Below, piece after piece: positions 12,272 through 25,300 of a stretch of DNA of 64,000 nt. The stretch spans positions 1-64,000 of the forward strand of contig NEEC01000101.1 in the NCBI GenBank assembly GCA_002189035.1, written 5' to 3'. Origin of the DNA: Utricularia gibba (taxonomy: Eukaryota; Plantae; Magnoliophyta). How positions within the stretch are numbered: the stretch's first letter is position 1; each line of letters begins with the position of its first letter. The notes beneath the pieces were generated by a model. The model searched no databases, was not told the origin of the DNA, and saw only the letters and a list, made by a program, of their open reading frames with translations. The position numbers and the translations under genes are program-made.

Positions 12272-15200
12272 TGTAGCCCGGAAAATAAGTCATGCATTTA
12301 ACGTTGGGTTTTCGGCGGCTGCCTAAATGGTTTTTCAAGCAACAGCTTGCCGTTTTAAGGCGGGTGCTGTCGTTGGCAGCTTTGTAGGGCCCAAGGTTTG
12401 GTCTGGCTCCTGAGCCCAATCGGGTCCTACTCGATGAAAATCGTGATGCATTTAATGAAGTTAGGATGTCATGAGCGCCCCAAATGGTTTTCTCAACAAC
12501 CTGATTTATATTTGACGAGGTGCTCTAGGCTGGCACTAGTATCGAGCAAATGGTCGAGTCGCGCTCTGGCCCATAGTCATTTGTAGCCCGGCCAAAAAAG
12601 TGATGCATTTATTAACGTTGGGTTTTCGGCGGCTGCCTACATGCTTTTTGAAGCAAAAGTTGTCGTTTTTTGGCGGGTGCTGTTGTTGGGAACTTCGTCC
12701 GGACCCAAGGTTCGGTCTGACTTCACAGCACAATAAGGTCCCATTCGACGAAAATCGTGATACCTTTATTGAAGTTAGGATCTCATGACCCCAAATGCTT
12801 TTTTCAACAGCATGCTTTAAACTTGAGAAGGCGCTTTTGTGGGTCACCGAGATCGGGCCGGAATTCGGTCGGGCTTGGGGGACAAAGTCAGCTGTAGCCC
12901 GTCAAAAGAAGTGATGCATTTATTAACGTTGGGTTGTCGGCGGCTGCCCACATGGTTTTAAAGCAACAGCTTGCCGTTTTAAGGCGGGTGCTGTCGTTGG
13001 CAGCTTTGTAAGGGCCCAAGGTTCGGTCTGGCTCCTGAGCCCAATCGGGTCCTACTCGATGAAAATCGTGATGCATTTGCTTTTGTTAGGATGTCATGAA
13101 ACCCCAATGGTTTTCTCCACACTCTACTTTATATTTGAGAAGGCGCTCTTCAGAGGTCGGGTCGGGCTCACGCCCATAGTCAGTTGTAGCCCGGAAAATA
13201 AGTCATGCATTGTTGGGTTTTCGGCGGCTGCCTAAATGGTTTTTCAAGCAACAGCTTGCCGTTTTAAGGCGGGTGCTGTCGTTGGCAGCTTTGTAAGGGC
13301 CCAAGGTTTGGTCTGGCTCCTGAGCCCAATCGGGTCCTACTCGATGAAAATCGTGATGCATTTAATGAAGTTAGGATGTCATGAGCGCCCCAAATGGTTT
13401 TCTCAACAACCTGATTTATATTTGACGAGGTGCTCTAGGCTGGCACTAGTATCGAGCAAATGGTCGAGTCGCGCTCTGGCCCATAGTCATTTGTAGCCCG
13501 GCCAAAAAAGTGATGCATTTATTAACGTTGGGTTTTCGGCGGCTGCCTACATGCTTTTTGAGGCAAAAGTTGTCGTTTTTTGGCGGGTGCTGTTGTTGGG
13601 AACTTCGTCCGGACCCAAGGTTCGGTCTGACTTCACAGCACAATAAGGTCCCATTCGACGAAAATCGTGATACCTTTATTGAAGTTAGGATCTCATGACC
13701 CCCAAATGCTTTTTTCAACAGCATGCTTTAAACTTGAGAAGGCGCTTTTGTGGGTCACCGAGATCGGCCGGAATTCGGGTCGGGCTTGGGGACAAAGTCA
13801 GCTGTAGCCCGTCAAAAGAAGTGATGCATTTATTAACGTTGGCTTGTCGGCGGCTGCCCACATGGTTTTTAAAGCAACAGCTTGCCGTTTTAAGGCGGGT
13901 GCTGTCGTTGGCAGCTTTGTAAGGGCCCAAGGTTCGGTCTGGCTCCTGAGCCCAATCGGGTCCTACTCGATGAAAATCGTGATGCATTTGCTTTTGTTAG
14001 GATGTCATGAGAACCCCAATGGGTTTTCTCACTCTACTTTATATTTGAGAAGGCGCTCTCGGGGGTTTAGGGATTGGGCCAGAGGTCGGGTCGGGCTCAC
14101 GCCCATAGTCAGTTGTAGCCCGGAAAATAAGTCATGCATTTATCAACGTTGGGTTTTCGGCGGCTGCCTAAATGGTTTTTCAAGCAACAGCTTGCCGTTT
14201 TAAGGCGGGTGCTGTCGTTGGCAGCTTTGTACGGGCCCAAGGTTTGGTCTGGCTCCTGAGCCCAATCGGGTCCTACTCGATGAAAATCGTGATGCATTTA
14301 ATGAAGTTAGGATGTCATGAGCGCCCAAATGGTTTTCTCAACAACCTGATTTATATTTGACGAGGTGCTCTAGGCTGGCACTAGTATCGAGCAAATGGTC
14401 GAGTCGCGCTCTGGCCCATAGTCATTTGTAGCCCGGCCAAAAAAGTGATGCATTTATTAACGTTGGGTTTTCGGCGGCTGCCTACATGCTTTTTGAAGCA
14501 AAAGTTGTCGTTTTTTGGCGGGTGCTGTTGTTGGGAACTTCGTCCGGACCCAAGGTTCGGTCTGACTTCACAGCACAATAAGGTCCCATTCGACGAAAAT
14601 CGTGATACCTTTATTGAAGTTAGGATCTCATGACCCCCAAATGCTTTTTTCAACAGCATGCTTTAAACTTGAGAAGGCGCTTTTGTGGGTCACCGAGATC
14701 GGGCCGGAATTCGGTCGGGCTTGGGGGACAAAGTCAGCTGTAGCCCGTCAAAAGAAGTGATGCATTTATTAACGTTGGTTGTCGGCGGCTGCCCACATGG
14801 TTTTAAAGCAACAGCTTGCCGTTTTAAGGCGGGTGCTGTCGTTGGCAGCTTTGTAAGGGCCCAAGGTTCGGTCTGGCTCCTGAGCCCAATCGGGTCCTAC
14901 TCGATGAAAATCGTGATGCATTTGCTTTTGTTAGGATGTCATGAGAACCCCAATGGGTTTTCTCCACACTCTACTTTATATTTGAGAAGGCGCTCTCGGG
15001 GGTTTAGGGATTGGGCCAGAGGTCGGGTCGGGCTCACGCCCATAGTCAGTTGTAGCCCGGAAAATAAGTCATGCATTTATCAACGTTGGGTTTTCGGCGG
15101 CTGCCTAAATGGTTTTTCAAGCAACAGCTTGCCGTTTTAAGGCGGGTGCTGTCGTTGGCAGCTTTGTACGGGCCCAAGGTTTGGTCTGGCTCCTGAGCCC

Positions 15201-15992
15201 AATCGGGTCCTACTCGATGAAAATCGTGATGCATTTAATGAAGTTAGGATGTCATGAGCGCCCCAAATGGTTTTCTCAACAACCTGATTTATATTTGACG
15301 AGGTGCTCTAGGCTGGCTAGTATCGAGCAAATGGTCGAGTCGCGCTCTGGCCCATAGTCATTTGTAGCCCGGCCAAAAAAGTGATGCATTTATTAACGTT
15401 GGGTTTTCGGCGGCTGCCTACATGCTTTTTGAAGGCAAAAGTTGTCGTTTTTTGGCGGGTGCTGTTGTTGGGAACTTCGTCCGGACCCAAGGTTCGGTCT
15501 GACTTCACAGCACAATAAGGTCCCATTCGACGAAAATCGTGATACCTTTATTGAAGTTAGGATCTCATGACCGCCCCAAATGCTTTTTTCAACAGCATGC
15601 TTTAAACTTGAGAAGGCGCTTTTGTGGGTCACCGAGATCGGGCCGGAATTCAGGTCGGGCTTGGGGGACAAAGTCAGCTGTAGCCCGTCAAAAGAAGTGA
15701 TGCATTTATTAACGTTGGCTTGTCGGCGGCTGCCCACATGGTTTTTAAAGCAACAGCTTGCCGTTTTAAGGCGGGTGCTGTCGTTGGCAGCTTTGTAAGG
15801 GCCCAAGGTTCGGTCTGGCTCCTGAGCCCAATCGGGTCCTACTCGATGAAAATCGTGATGCATTTGCTTTTGTTAGGATGTCATGAGAACCCCAATGGGT
15901 TTTCTCCACACTCTACTTTATATTTGAGAAGGCGCTCTCGGGGGTTTAGGGATTGGGCCAGAGGTCGGGTCGGGCTCACGCCCATAGTCAGT
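12272..15992. repeat. Four consecutive 3-mer HORs (A-D-E, ~0.91-0.94 kb)
   Basis: A heads at 12272, 13185, 14114, 15051 and 15993; the cleanest interval is 942 bp (3 x 314), and no C monomer is present. Confidence 0.88.
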
Positions 15993-17558
15993 TGTAGCCC
16001 GGAAAATAAGTCATGCATTTATCAACGTTGGGTTTTCGGCGGCTGCCTAAATGGTTTTTCAAGCAACAGCTTGCCGTTTTAAGGCGGGTGCTGTCGTTGG
16101 CAGCTTTACGGGCCCAAGGTTTGGTCTGGCTCCTGAGCCCAATCGGGTCCTACTCGATGAAAATCGTGATGCATTTAATGAAGTTAGGATGTCATGAGCG
16201 CCCCAAATGGTTTTCTCAACAACCTGATTTATATTTGACGAGGTGCTCTAGGCTGGCACTAGTATCGAGCAAATGGTCGAGTCGCGCTCTGGCCCATAGT
16301 CATTTGTAGCCCGGCCAAAAAAGTGATGCATTTATTAACGTTGGGTTTTCGGCGGCTGCCTACATGCTTTTTGAGGCAAAAGTTGTCGTTTTTTGGCGGG
16401 TGCTGTTGTTGGGAACTTCGTCCGGACCCAAGGTTCGGTCTGACTTCACAGCACAATAAGGTCCCATTCGACGAAAATCGTGATACCTTTTATTGCTGTT
16501 AGGATCTCATGATTACCCAAATGCTTTTTTCAACAGCATGCTATACACTTGAGAAGGCGCTTTTGTGGGTCACCGAGATCGGCCCGGAATTCGGGTCGAG
16601 CTCGGGCCCAAAGTCAGCTGTAGCCCGATAAAAGAAGTGATGCATTTATTAACGTTGGGTTGTCGGCGGCTGCCCATGGTTTTTCAAGCAACAGCTTGCC
16701 GTTTTAAGGCGGGTGCTGTCGTTGACAGCTTTGTAAGGGCCCAAGGTTTGGTCTGGCTCCTGAGCCCAATCGGGTCCTACTCGATGAAAATCGTGATGCA
16801 TTTAATGAAGTTAGGATGTCATGAGCGCCCCAAATGGTTTTCTCAACAACCTGATTTATATTTGACGAGGTGCTCTAGGCTGGCACTAGTATCGAGCAAA
16901 TGGTCGAGTCGCGCTCTGGCCCATAGTCATTTGTAGCCTGGTCAAAAAAGCGATGCATTTATTAACGTTGGGTTTTCGGCGGCTGCCTACATGCTTTTTG
17001 AAGCAAAAGTTGTCGTTTTTTGGCGGGTGCTGTTGTTGGGAACTTCGTCCGGACCCAAGGTTCGGTCTGACTTCACAGCACAATAAGGTCCCATTCGACG
17101 AATCGTGATACCTTTATTGAAGTTAGGATCTCATGACCGCCCCAAATGCTTTTTTCAACAGCATGCTTTAAACTTGAGAAGGCGCTTTTGTGGGTCACCG
17201 AGATCGGGCCGGAATTCAGGTCGGGCTTGGGGGACAAAGTCAGCTGTAGCCCGTCAAAAGAAGTGATGCATTTATTAACGTTGGCTTGTCGGCGGCTGCC
17301 CACATGGTTTTAAAGCAACAGCTTGCCGTTTTAAGGCGGGTGCTGTCGTTGGCAGCTTTGTAAGGGCCCAAGGTTCGGTCTGGCTCCTGAGCCCAATCGG
17401 GTCCTACTCGATGAAAATCGTGATGCATTTGCTTTTGTTAGGATGTCATGAGAACCCCAATGGGTTTTCTCCACACTCTACTTTATATTTGAGAAGGCGC
17501 TCTCGGGGGTTTTAGGGATTGGGCCAGAGGTCGGGTCGGGCTCACGCCCATAGTCAGT

Positions 17559-19347
17559 TGTAGCCCGGAAAATAAGTCATGCATTTATCAACGTTGGGTT
17601 TTCGGCGGCTGCCTAAATGGTTTTTCAAGCAACAGCTTGCCGTTTTAAGGCGGGTGCTGTCGTTGGCAGCTTTGTACGGGCCCAGGTTTGGTCTGGCTCC
17701 TGAGCCCAATCGGGTCTACTCGATGAAAATCGTGATGCATTTAATGAAGTTAGGATGTCATGAGCGCCCCAAATGGTTTTCAACAACCTGATTTATATTT
17801 GACGAGGTCTAGGCTGGCACTAGTATCGAGCAAATGGTCGAGTCGCGCTCTGGCCCATAGTCATTTGTAGCCCGGCCAAAAAAGTGATGCATTTATTAAC
17901 GTTGGGTTTTCGGCGGCTGCCTACATGCTTTTTGAAGCAAAAGTTGTCGTTTTTTGGCGGGTGCTGTTGTTGGGAACTTCGTCCGGACCCAAGGTTCGGT
18001 CTGACTTCACAGCACAATAAGGTCCCATTCGACGAAAATCGTGATACCTTTATTGAAGTTAGGATCTCATGACCGCCCCAAATGCTTTTTTCAACAGCAT
18101 GCTTTAACTTGAGAAGGCGCTTTTGTGGGTCACCGAGATCGGGCCGGAATTCGGTCGGCTCGGGGGCAAAGTCAGCTGTAGCCCGAAAAGAAGTGATGCA
18201 TTTATTAACGTTGGGTTGTCGGCGGCTGCCCACATGGTTTTAAAGCAACAGCTTGCCGTTTTAAGGCGGGTGCTGTCGTTGGCAGCTTTGTAAGGGCCCA
18301 AGGTTCGGTCTGGCTCCTGAGCCCAATCGGGTCCTACTCGATGAAAATCGTGATGCATTTGCTTTTGTTAGGATGTCATGTGGGTTTTCTCCGAGAAGGC
18401 GCTCTTTCCAGAGGTCGGGTCGGGCTGCCCATAGTCAGTTGTAGCCCGCCGCATTTATCAACGCGGCGCTGCCTAAATGGTTTTTCAAGCAACAAAGGCG
18501 GGTGCTGTCGTTGGCAGCTTTGTAGGGCCCAAGGTTTGGTCTGGCTCCTGAGCCCAATCGGGTCCTACTCGATGAAAATCGTGATGCATTTAATGAAGTT
18601 AGGATGTCATGAGCGCCCCAAATGGTTTTCTCAACAACCTGATTTATATTTGACGAGGTGCTCTAGGCTGGCACTAGTATCGAGCAAATGGTCGAGTCGC
18701 GCTCTGGCCCATAGTCATTTGTAGCCCGGCCAAAAAAGTGATGCATTTATTAACGTTGGGTTTTCGGCGGCTGCCTACATGCTTTTTGAAGCAAAAGTTG
18801 TCGTTTTTTGGCGGGTGCTGTTGTTGGGAACTTCGTCCGGACCCAAGGTTCGGTCTGACTTCACAGCACAATAAGGTCCCATTCGACGAAAATCGTGATA
18901 CCTTTATTGAAGTTAGGATCTCATGACCGCCCCAAATGCTTTTTTCAACAGCATGCTTTAAACTTGAGAAGGCGCTTTTGTGGGTCACCGAGATCGGGCC
19001 GGAATTCAGGTCGGGCTTGGGGGACAAAGTCAGCTGTAGCCCGTCAAAAGAAGTGATGCATTTATTAACGTTGGCTTGTCGGCGGCTGCCCATGGTTTTT
19101 AAAGCAACAGCTTGCCGTTTTAAGGCGGGTGCTGTCGTTGGCAGCTTTGTAAGGGCCCAAGGTTCGGTCTGGCTCCTGAGCCCAATCGGGTCCTACTCGA
19201 TGAAAATCGTGATGCATTTGCTTTTGTTAGGATGTCATGAGAACCCCAATGGGTTTTCTCCACACTCTACTTTATATTTGAGAAGGCGCTCTCGGGGGGT
19301 TTAGGGATTGGGCCAGAGGTCGGGTCGGGCTCACGCCCATAGTCAGT
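17559..19347. repeat. Two 3-mer HORs (A-D-E), partly deleted
   Basis: A heads at 17559, ~18440 and 19348, with no C monomer between them. Confidence 0.8.
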
Positions 19348-22300
19348 TGTAGCCCGGAAAATAAGTCATGCATTTATCAACGTTGGGTTTTCGGCGGCTG
19401 CCTAAATGGTTTTTCAAGCAACAGCTTGCCGTTTTAAGGCGGGTGCTGTCGTTGGCAGCTTTGTACGGGCCCAAGGTTTGGTCTGGCTCCTGAGCCCAAT
19501 CGGGTCCTACTCGATGAAAATCGTGATGCATTTAATGAAGTTAGGATGTCATGAGCGCCCCAAATGGTTTTCTCAACAACCTGATTTATATTTGACGAGG
19601 TGCTCTAGGCTGGCACTAGTATCGAGCAAATGGTCGAGTCGCGCTCTGGCCCATAGTCATTTGTAGCCCGGCCAAAAAAGTGATGCATTTATTAACGTTG
19701 GGTTTTCGGCGGCTGCCTACATGCTTTTTGAAGGCAAAAGTTGTCGTTTTTTTGGCGGTGCTGTTGTTGGGAACTTCGTCCGGACCCAAGGTTCGGTCTG
19801 ACTTCACAGCACAATAAGGTCCCATTCGACGAAAATCGTGATACCTTTATTGCTGTTAGGATCTCATGATTACCCCAAATGCTTTTTTCAACAGCATGCT
19901 ATACACTTGAGAAGGCGCTTTTGTGGGTCACCGAGATCGGCCCGGAATTCGGGTCGAGCTCGGGCCCAAAGTCAGCTGTAGCCCGATAAAAGAAGTGATG
20001 CATTTATTAACGTTGGGTTGTCGGCGGCTGCCCACATGGTTTTTCAAGCAACAGCTTGCCGTTTTAAGGCGGGTGCTGTCGTTGACAGCTTTGTAAGGGC
20101 CCAAGGTTTGGTCTGGCTCCTGAGCCCAATCGGGTCCTACTCGATGAAAATCGTGATGCATTTAATGAAGTTAGGATGTCATGAGCGCCCAAATGGTTTT
20201 CTCAACAACCTGATTTATATTTGACGAGGTGCTCTAGGCTGGCACTAGTATCGAGCAAATGGTCGAGTCGCGCTCTGGCCCATAGTCATTTGTAGCCTGG
20301 TCAAAAAAGCGATGCATTTATTAACGTTGGGTTTTCGGCGGCTGCCTACATGCTTTTTGAAGCAAAAGTTGTCGTTTTTTGGCGGGTGCTGTTGTTGGGA
20401 ACTTCGTCCGGACCCAAGGTTCGGTCTGACTTCACAGCACAATAAGGTCCCATTCGACGAAAATCGTGATACCTTTATTGAAGTTAGGATCTCATGACCG
20501 CCCCAAATGCTTTTTTCAACAGCATGCTTTAAACTTGAGAAGGCGCTTTTGTGGGTCACCGAGATCGGGCCGGAATTCAGGTCGGGCTTGGGGACAAAGT
20601 CAGCTGTAGCCCGTCAAAAGAGTGATGCATTTATTAACGTTGGCTTGTCGGCGGCTGCCCACATGGTTTTTAAAGCAACAGCTTGCCGTTTTAAGGCGGG
20701 TGCTGTCGTTGGCAGCTTTGTAAGGGCCCAAGGTTCGGTCTGGCTCCTGAGCCCAATCGGGTCCTACTCGATGAAAATCGTGATGCATTTGCTTTTGTTA
20801 GGATGTCATGAGAACCCAATGGGTTTTCTCCACACTCTACTTTATATTTGAGAAGGCGCTCTCGGGGGTTTAGGGATTGGGCCAGAGGTCGGGTCGGGCT
20901 CACGCCCATAGTCAGTTGTAGCCCGGAAAATAAGTCATGCATTTATCAACGTTGGGTTTTCGGCGGCTGCCTAAATGGTTTTTCAAGCAACAGCTTGCCG
21001 TTTTAAGGCGGGTGCTGTCGTTGGCAGCTTTGTACGGGCCCAAGGTTTGGTCTGGCTCCTGAGCCCAATCGGGTCCTACTCGATGAAAATCGTGATGCAT
21101 TTAATGAAGTTAGGATGTCATGAGCGCCCCAAATGGTTTTCTCAACAACCTGATTTATATTTGACGAGGTGCTCTAGGCTGGCACTAGTATCGAGCAAAT
21201 GGTCGAGTCGCGCTCTGGCCCATAGTCATTTGTAGCCCGGCCAAAAAAGTGATGCATTTATTAACGTTGGGTTTTCGGCGGCTGCCTACATGCTTTTTGA
21301 AGCAAAAGTTGTCGTTTTTTTGGCGGGTGCTGTTGTTGGGAACTTCGTCCGGACCCAAGGTTCGGTCTGACTTCACAGCACAATAAGGTCCCATTCGACG
21401 AAAATCGTGATACCTTTATTGCTGTTAGGATCTCATGATTACCCCAAATGCTTTTTTCAACAGCATGCTATACACTTGAGAAGGCGCTTTTGTGGGTCAC
21501 CGAGATCGGCCCGGAATTCGGGTCGAGCTCGGGCCCAAAGTCAGCTGTAGCCCGATAAAAGAAGTGATGCATTTATTAACGTTGGGTTGTCGGCGGCTGC
21601 CCATGGTTTTTCAAGCAACAGCTTGCCGTTTTAAGGCGGGTGCTGTCGTTGACAGCTTTGTAAGGGCCCAAGGTTTGGTCTGGCTCCTGAGCCCAATCGG
21701 GTCCTACTCGATGAAAATCGTGATGCATTTAATGAAGTTAGGATGTCATGAGCGCCCCAAATGGTTTTCTCAACAACCTGATTTATATTTGACGAGGTGC
21801 TCTAGGCTGGCACTAGTATCGAGCAAATGGTCGAGTCGCGCTCTGGCCCATAGTCATTTGTAGCCTGGTCAAAAAAGCGATGCATTTATTAACGTTGGGT
21901 TTTCGGCGGCTGCCTACATGCTTTTTGAAGCAAAAGTTGTCGTTTTTTGGCGGGTGCTGTTGTTGGGAACTTCGTCCGGACCCAAGGTTCGGTCTGACTT
22001 CACAGCACAATAAGGTCCCATTCGACGAAAATCGTGATACCTTTATTGAAGTTAGGATCTCATGACCGCCCCAAATGCTTTTTTCAACAGCATGCTTTAA
22101 ACTTGAGAAGGCGCTTTTGTGGGTCCCGAGATCGGGCCGGAATTCAGGTCGGGCTTGGGGACAAAGTCAGCTGTAGCCCGTCAAAAGAAGTGATGCATTT
22201 ATTAACGTTGGCTTGTCGGCGGCTGCCCACATGGTTTTTAAAGCAACAGCTTGCCGTTTTAAGGCGGGTGCTGTCGTTGGCAGCTTTGTAAGGGCCCAAG

Positions 22301-25300
22301 GTTCGGTCTGGCTCCTGAGCCCAATCGGGTCCTACTCGATGAAAATCGTGATGCATTTGCTTTTGTTAGGATGTCATGAGAACCCCAATGGGTTTTCTCC
22401 CACACTCTACTTTATATTTGAGAAGGCGCTCTCGGGGGGTTTAGGGATTGGGCCAGAGGTCGGGTCGGGCTCACGCCCATAGTCAGTTGTAGCCCGGAAA
22501 ATAAGTCATGCATTTATCAACGTTGGTTTTCGGCGGCTGCCTAAATGGTTTTTCAAGCAACAGCTTGCCGTTTTAAGGCGGGTGCTGTCGTTGGCAGCTT
22601 TGTAAGGGCCCAAGGTTTGGTCTGGCTCCTGAGCCCAATCGGGTCCTACTCGATGAAAATCGTGATGCATTTAATGAAGTTAGGATGTCATGAGCGCCCC
22701 AAATGGTTTTTCTCAACAACCTGATTTATATTTGACGAGGTGCTCTAGGCTGGCACTAGTATCGAGCAAATGGTCGAGTCGCGCTCTGGCCCATAGTCAT
22801 TTGTAGCCCGGCCAAAAAAGTGATGCATTTATTAACGTTGGGTTTTCGGCGGCTGCCTACATGCTTTTTGAAGCAAAAGTTGTCGTTTTTTGGCGGGTGC
22901 TGTTGTTGGGAACTTCGTCCGGACCCAAGGTTCGGTCTGACTTCACAGCACAATAAGGTCCCATTCGACGAAAATCGTGATACCTTTATTGCTGTTAGGA
23001 TCTCATGATTACCCCAAATGCTTTTTTCAACAGCATGCTATACACTTGAGAAGGCGCTTTTGTGGGTCACCGAGATCGGCCCGGAATTCGGGTCGAGCTC
23101 GGGCCCAAAGTCAGCTGTAGCCCGATAAAAGAAGTGATGCATTTATTAACGTTGGGTTGTCGGCGGCTGCCCACATGGTTTTTCAAGCAACAGCTTGCCG
23201 TTTTAAGGGGGGCTGTCGTTGACAGCTTTGTAAGGGCCCAAGGTTTGGTCTGGCTCCTGAGCCCAATCGGGTCCTACTCGATGAAAATCGTGATGCATTT
23301 AATGAAGTTAGGATGTCATGAGCGCCCAAATGGTTTTCTCAACAACCTGATTTATATTTGACGAGGTGCTCTAGGCTGGCACTAGTATCGAGCAAATGGT
23401 CGAGTCGCGCTCTGGCCCATAGTCATTTGTAGCCCGGTCCAAAAAAGTGATGCATTTATTAACGTTGGGTTTTCGGCGGCTGCCTACATGCTTTTTCAAG
23501 CAAAAGTTGTCGTTTTTTGGCGGTGCTGTTGTTGGGAACTTCGTCCGGACCCAAGGTTCGGTCTGACTTCACAGCACAATAAGGTCCCATTCGACGAAAA
23601 TCGTGATACCTTTATTGAAGTTAGGATCTCATGACCGCCCCAAATGCTTTTTTCAACAGCATGCTTTAAACTTGAGAAGGCGCTTTTGTGGGTCACCGAG
23701 ATCGGGCCGGAATTCAGGTCGGGCTTGGGGGACAAAGTCAGCTGTAGCCCGTCAAAAGAAGTGATGCATTTATTAACGTTGGCTTGTCGGCGGCTGCCCA
23801 CATGGTTTTTCAAGCAACAGCTTGCCGTTTTAAGGCGGGTGCTGTCGTTGGCAGCTTTGTAAGGGCCAAGGTTCGGTCTGGCTCCTGAGCCCAATCGGGT
23901 CCTACTCGATGAAAATCGTGATGCATTTGCTTTTGTTAGGATGTCATGAGAACCCCAATGGGTTTTCTCCACACTCTACTTTATATTTGAGAAGGCGCTC
24001 TCGGGGGTTTAGGGATTGGGCCAGAGGTCGGGTCGGGCTCACGCCCATAGTCAGTTGTAGCCCGGAAAATAGTCATGCATTTATCAACGTTGGGTTTTCG
24101 GCGGCTGCCTAATGGTTTTTCAAGCAACAGCTTGCCGTTTTAAGGCGGGTGCTGTCGTTGGCAGCTTTGTACGGGCCCAAGGTTTGGTCTGGCTCCTGAG
24201 CCCAATCGGGTCCTACTCGATGAAAATCGTGATGCATTTAATGAAGTTAGGATGTCATGAGCGCCCCAAATGGTTTTCTCAACAACCTGATTTATATTTG
24301 ACGAGGTGCTCTAGGCTGGCACTAGTATCGAGCAAATGGTCGAGTCGCGCTCTGGCCCATAGTCATTTGTAGCCCGGCCAAAAAAGTGATGCATTTATTA
24401 ACGTTGGGTTTTCGGCGGCTGCCTACATGCTTTTTGAGGCAAAAGTTGTCGTTTTTTGGCGGGTGCTGTTGTTGGGAACTTCGTCCGGACCCAAGGTTCG
24501 GTCTGACTTCACAGCACAATAAGGTCCCATTCGACGAAAATCGTGATACCTTTATTGCTGTTAGGATCTCATGATTACCCCAAATGCTTTTTTCAACAGC
24601 ATGCTATACACTTGAGAAGGCGCTTTTGTGGTCACCGAGATCGGCCCGGAATTCGGGTCGAGCTCGGGCCCAAAGTCAGCTGTAGCCCGATAAAAGAAGT
24701 GATGCATTTATTAACGTTGGGTTGTCGGCGGCTGCCCACATGGTTTTTCAAGCAACAGCTTGCCGTTTTAAGGCGGGTGCTGTCGTTGACAGCTTTGTAA
24801 GGGCCCAAGGTTTGGTCTGGCTCCTGAGCCCAATCGGGTCCTACTCGATGAAAATCGTGATGCATTTAATGAAGTTAGGATGTCATGAGCGCCCCAAATG
24901 GTTTTCTCAACAACCTGATTTATATTTGACGAGGTGCTCTAGGCTGGCACTAGTATCGAGCAAATGGTCGAGTCGCGCTCTGGCCCATAGTCATTTGTAG
25001 CCTGGTCAAAAAGCGATGCATTTATTAACGTTGGGTTTTCGGCGGCTGCCTACATGCTTTTTGAAGCAAAAGTTGTCGTTTTTTTGGGGTGCTGTTGTTG
25101 GGAACTTCGTCCGGACCCAAGGTTCGGTCTGACTTCACAGCACAATAAGGTCCCATTCGACGAAAATCGTGATACCTTTATTGAAGTTAGGATCTCATGA
25201 CCGCCCCAAATGCTTTTTTCAACAGCATGCTTTAAACTTGAGAAGGCGCTTTTGTGGGTCACCGAGATCGGGCCGGAATTCAGGTCGGGCTTGGGGACAA

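Noticed and set aside
19948-19964. CENP-B box-like TTCG...A...CGGG in the B tail (TTCGGGTCGAGCTCGGG)
   Set aside because: The spacing is 9 nt between TTCG and CGGG, whereas the canonical NTTCGNNNNANNCGGGN has 7, so it is not a valid CENP-B box.
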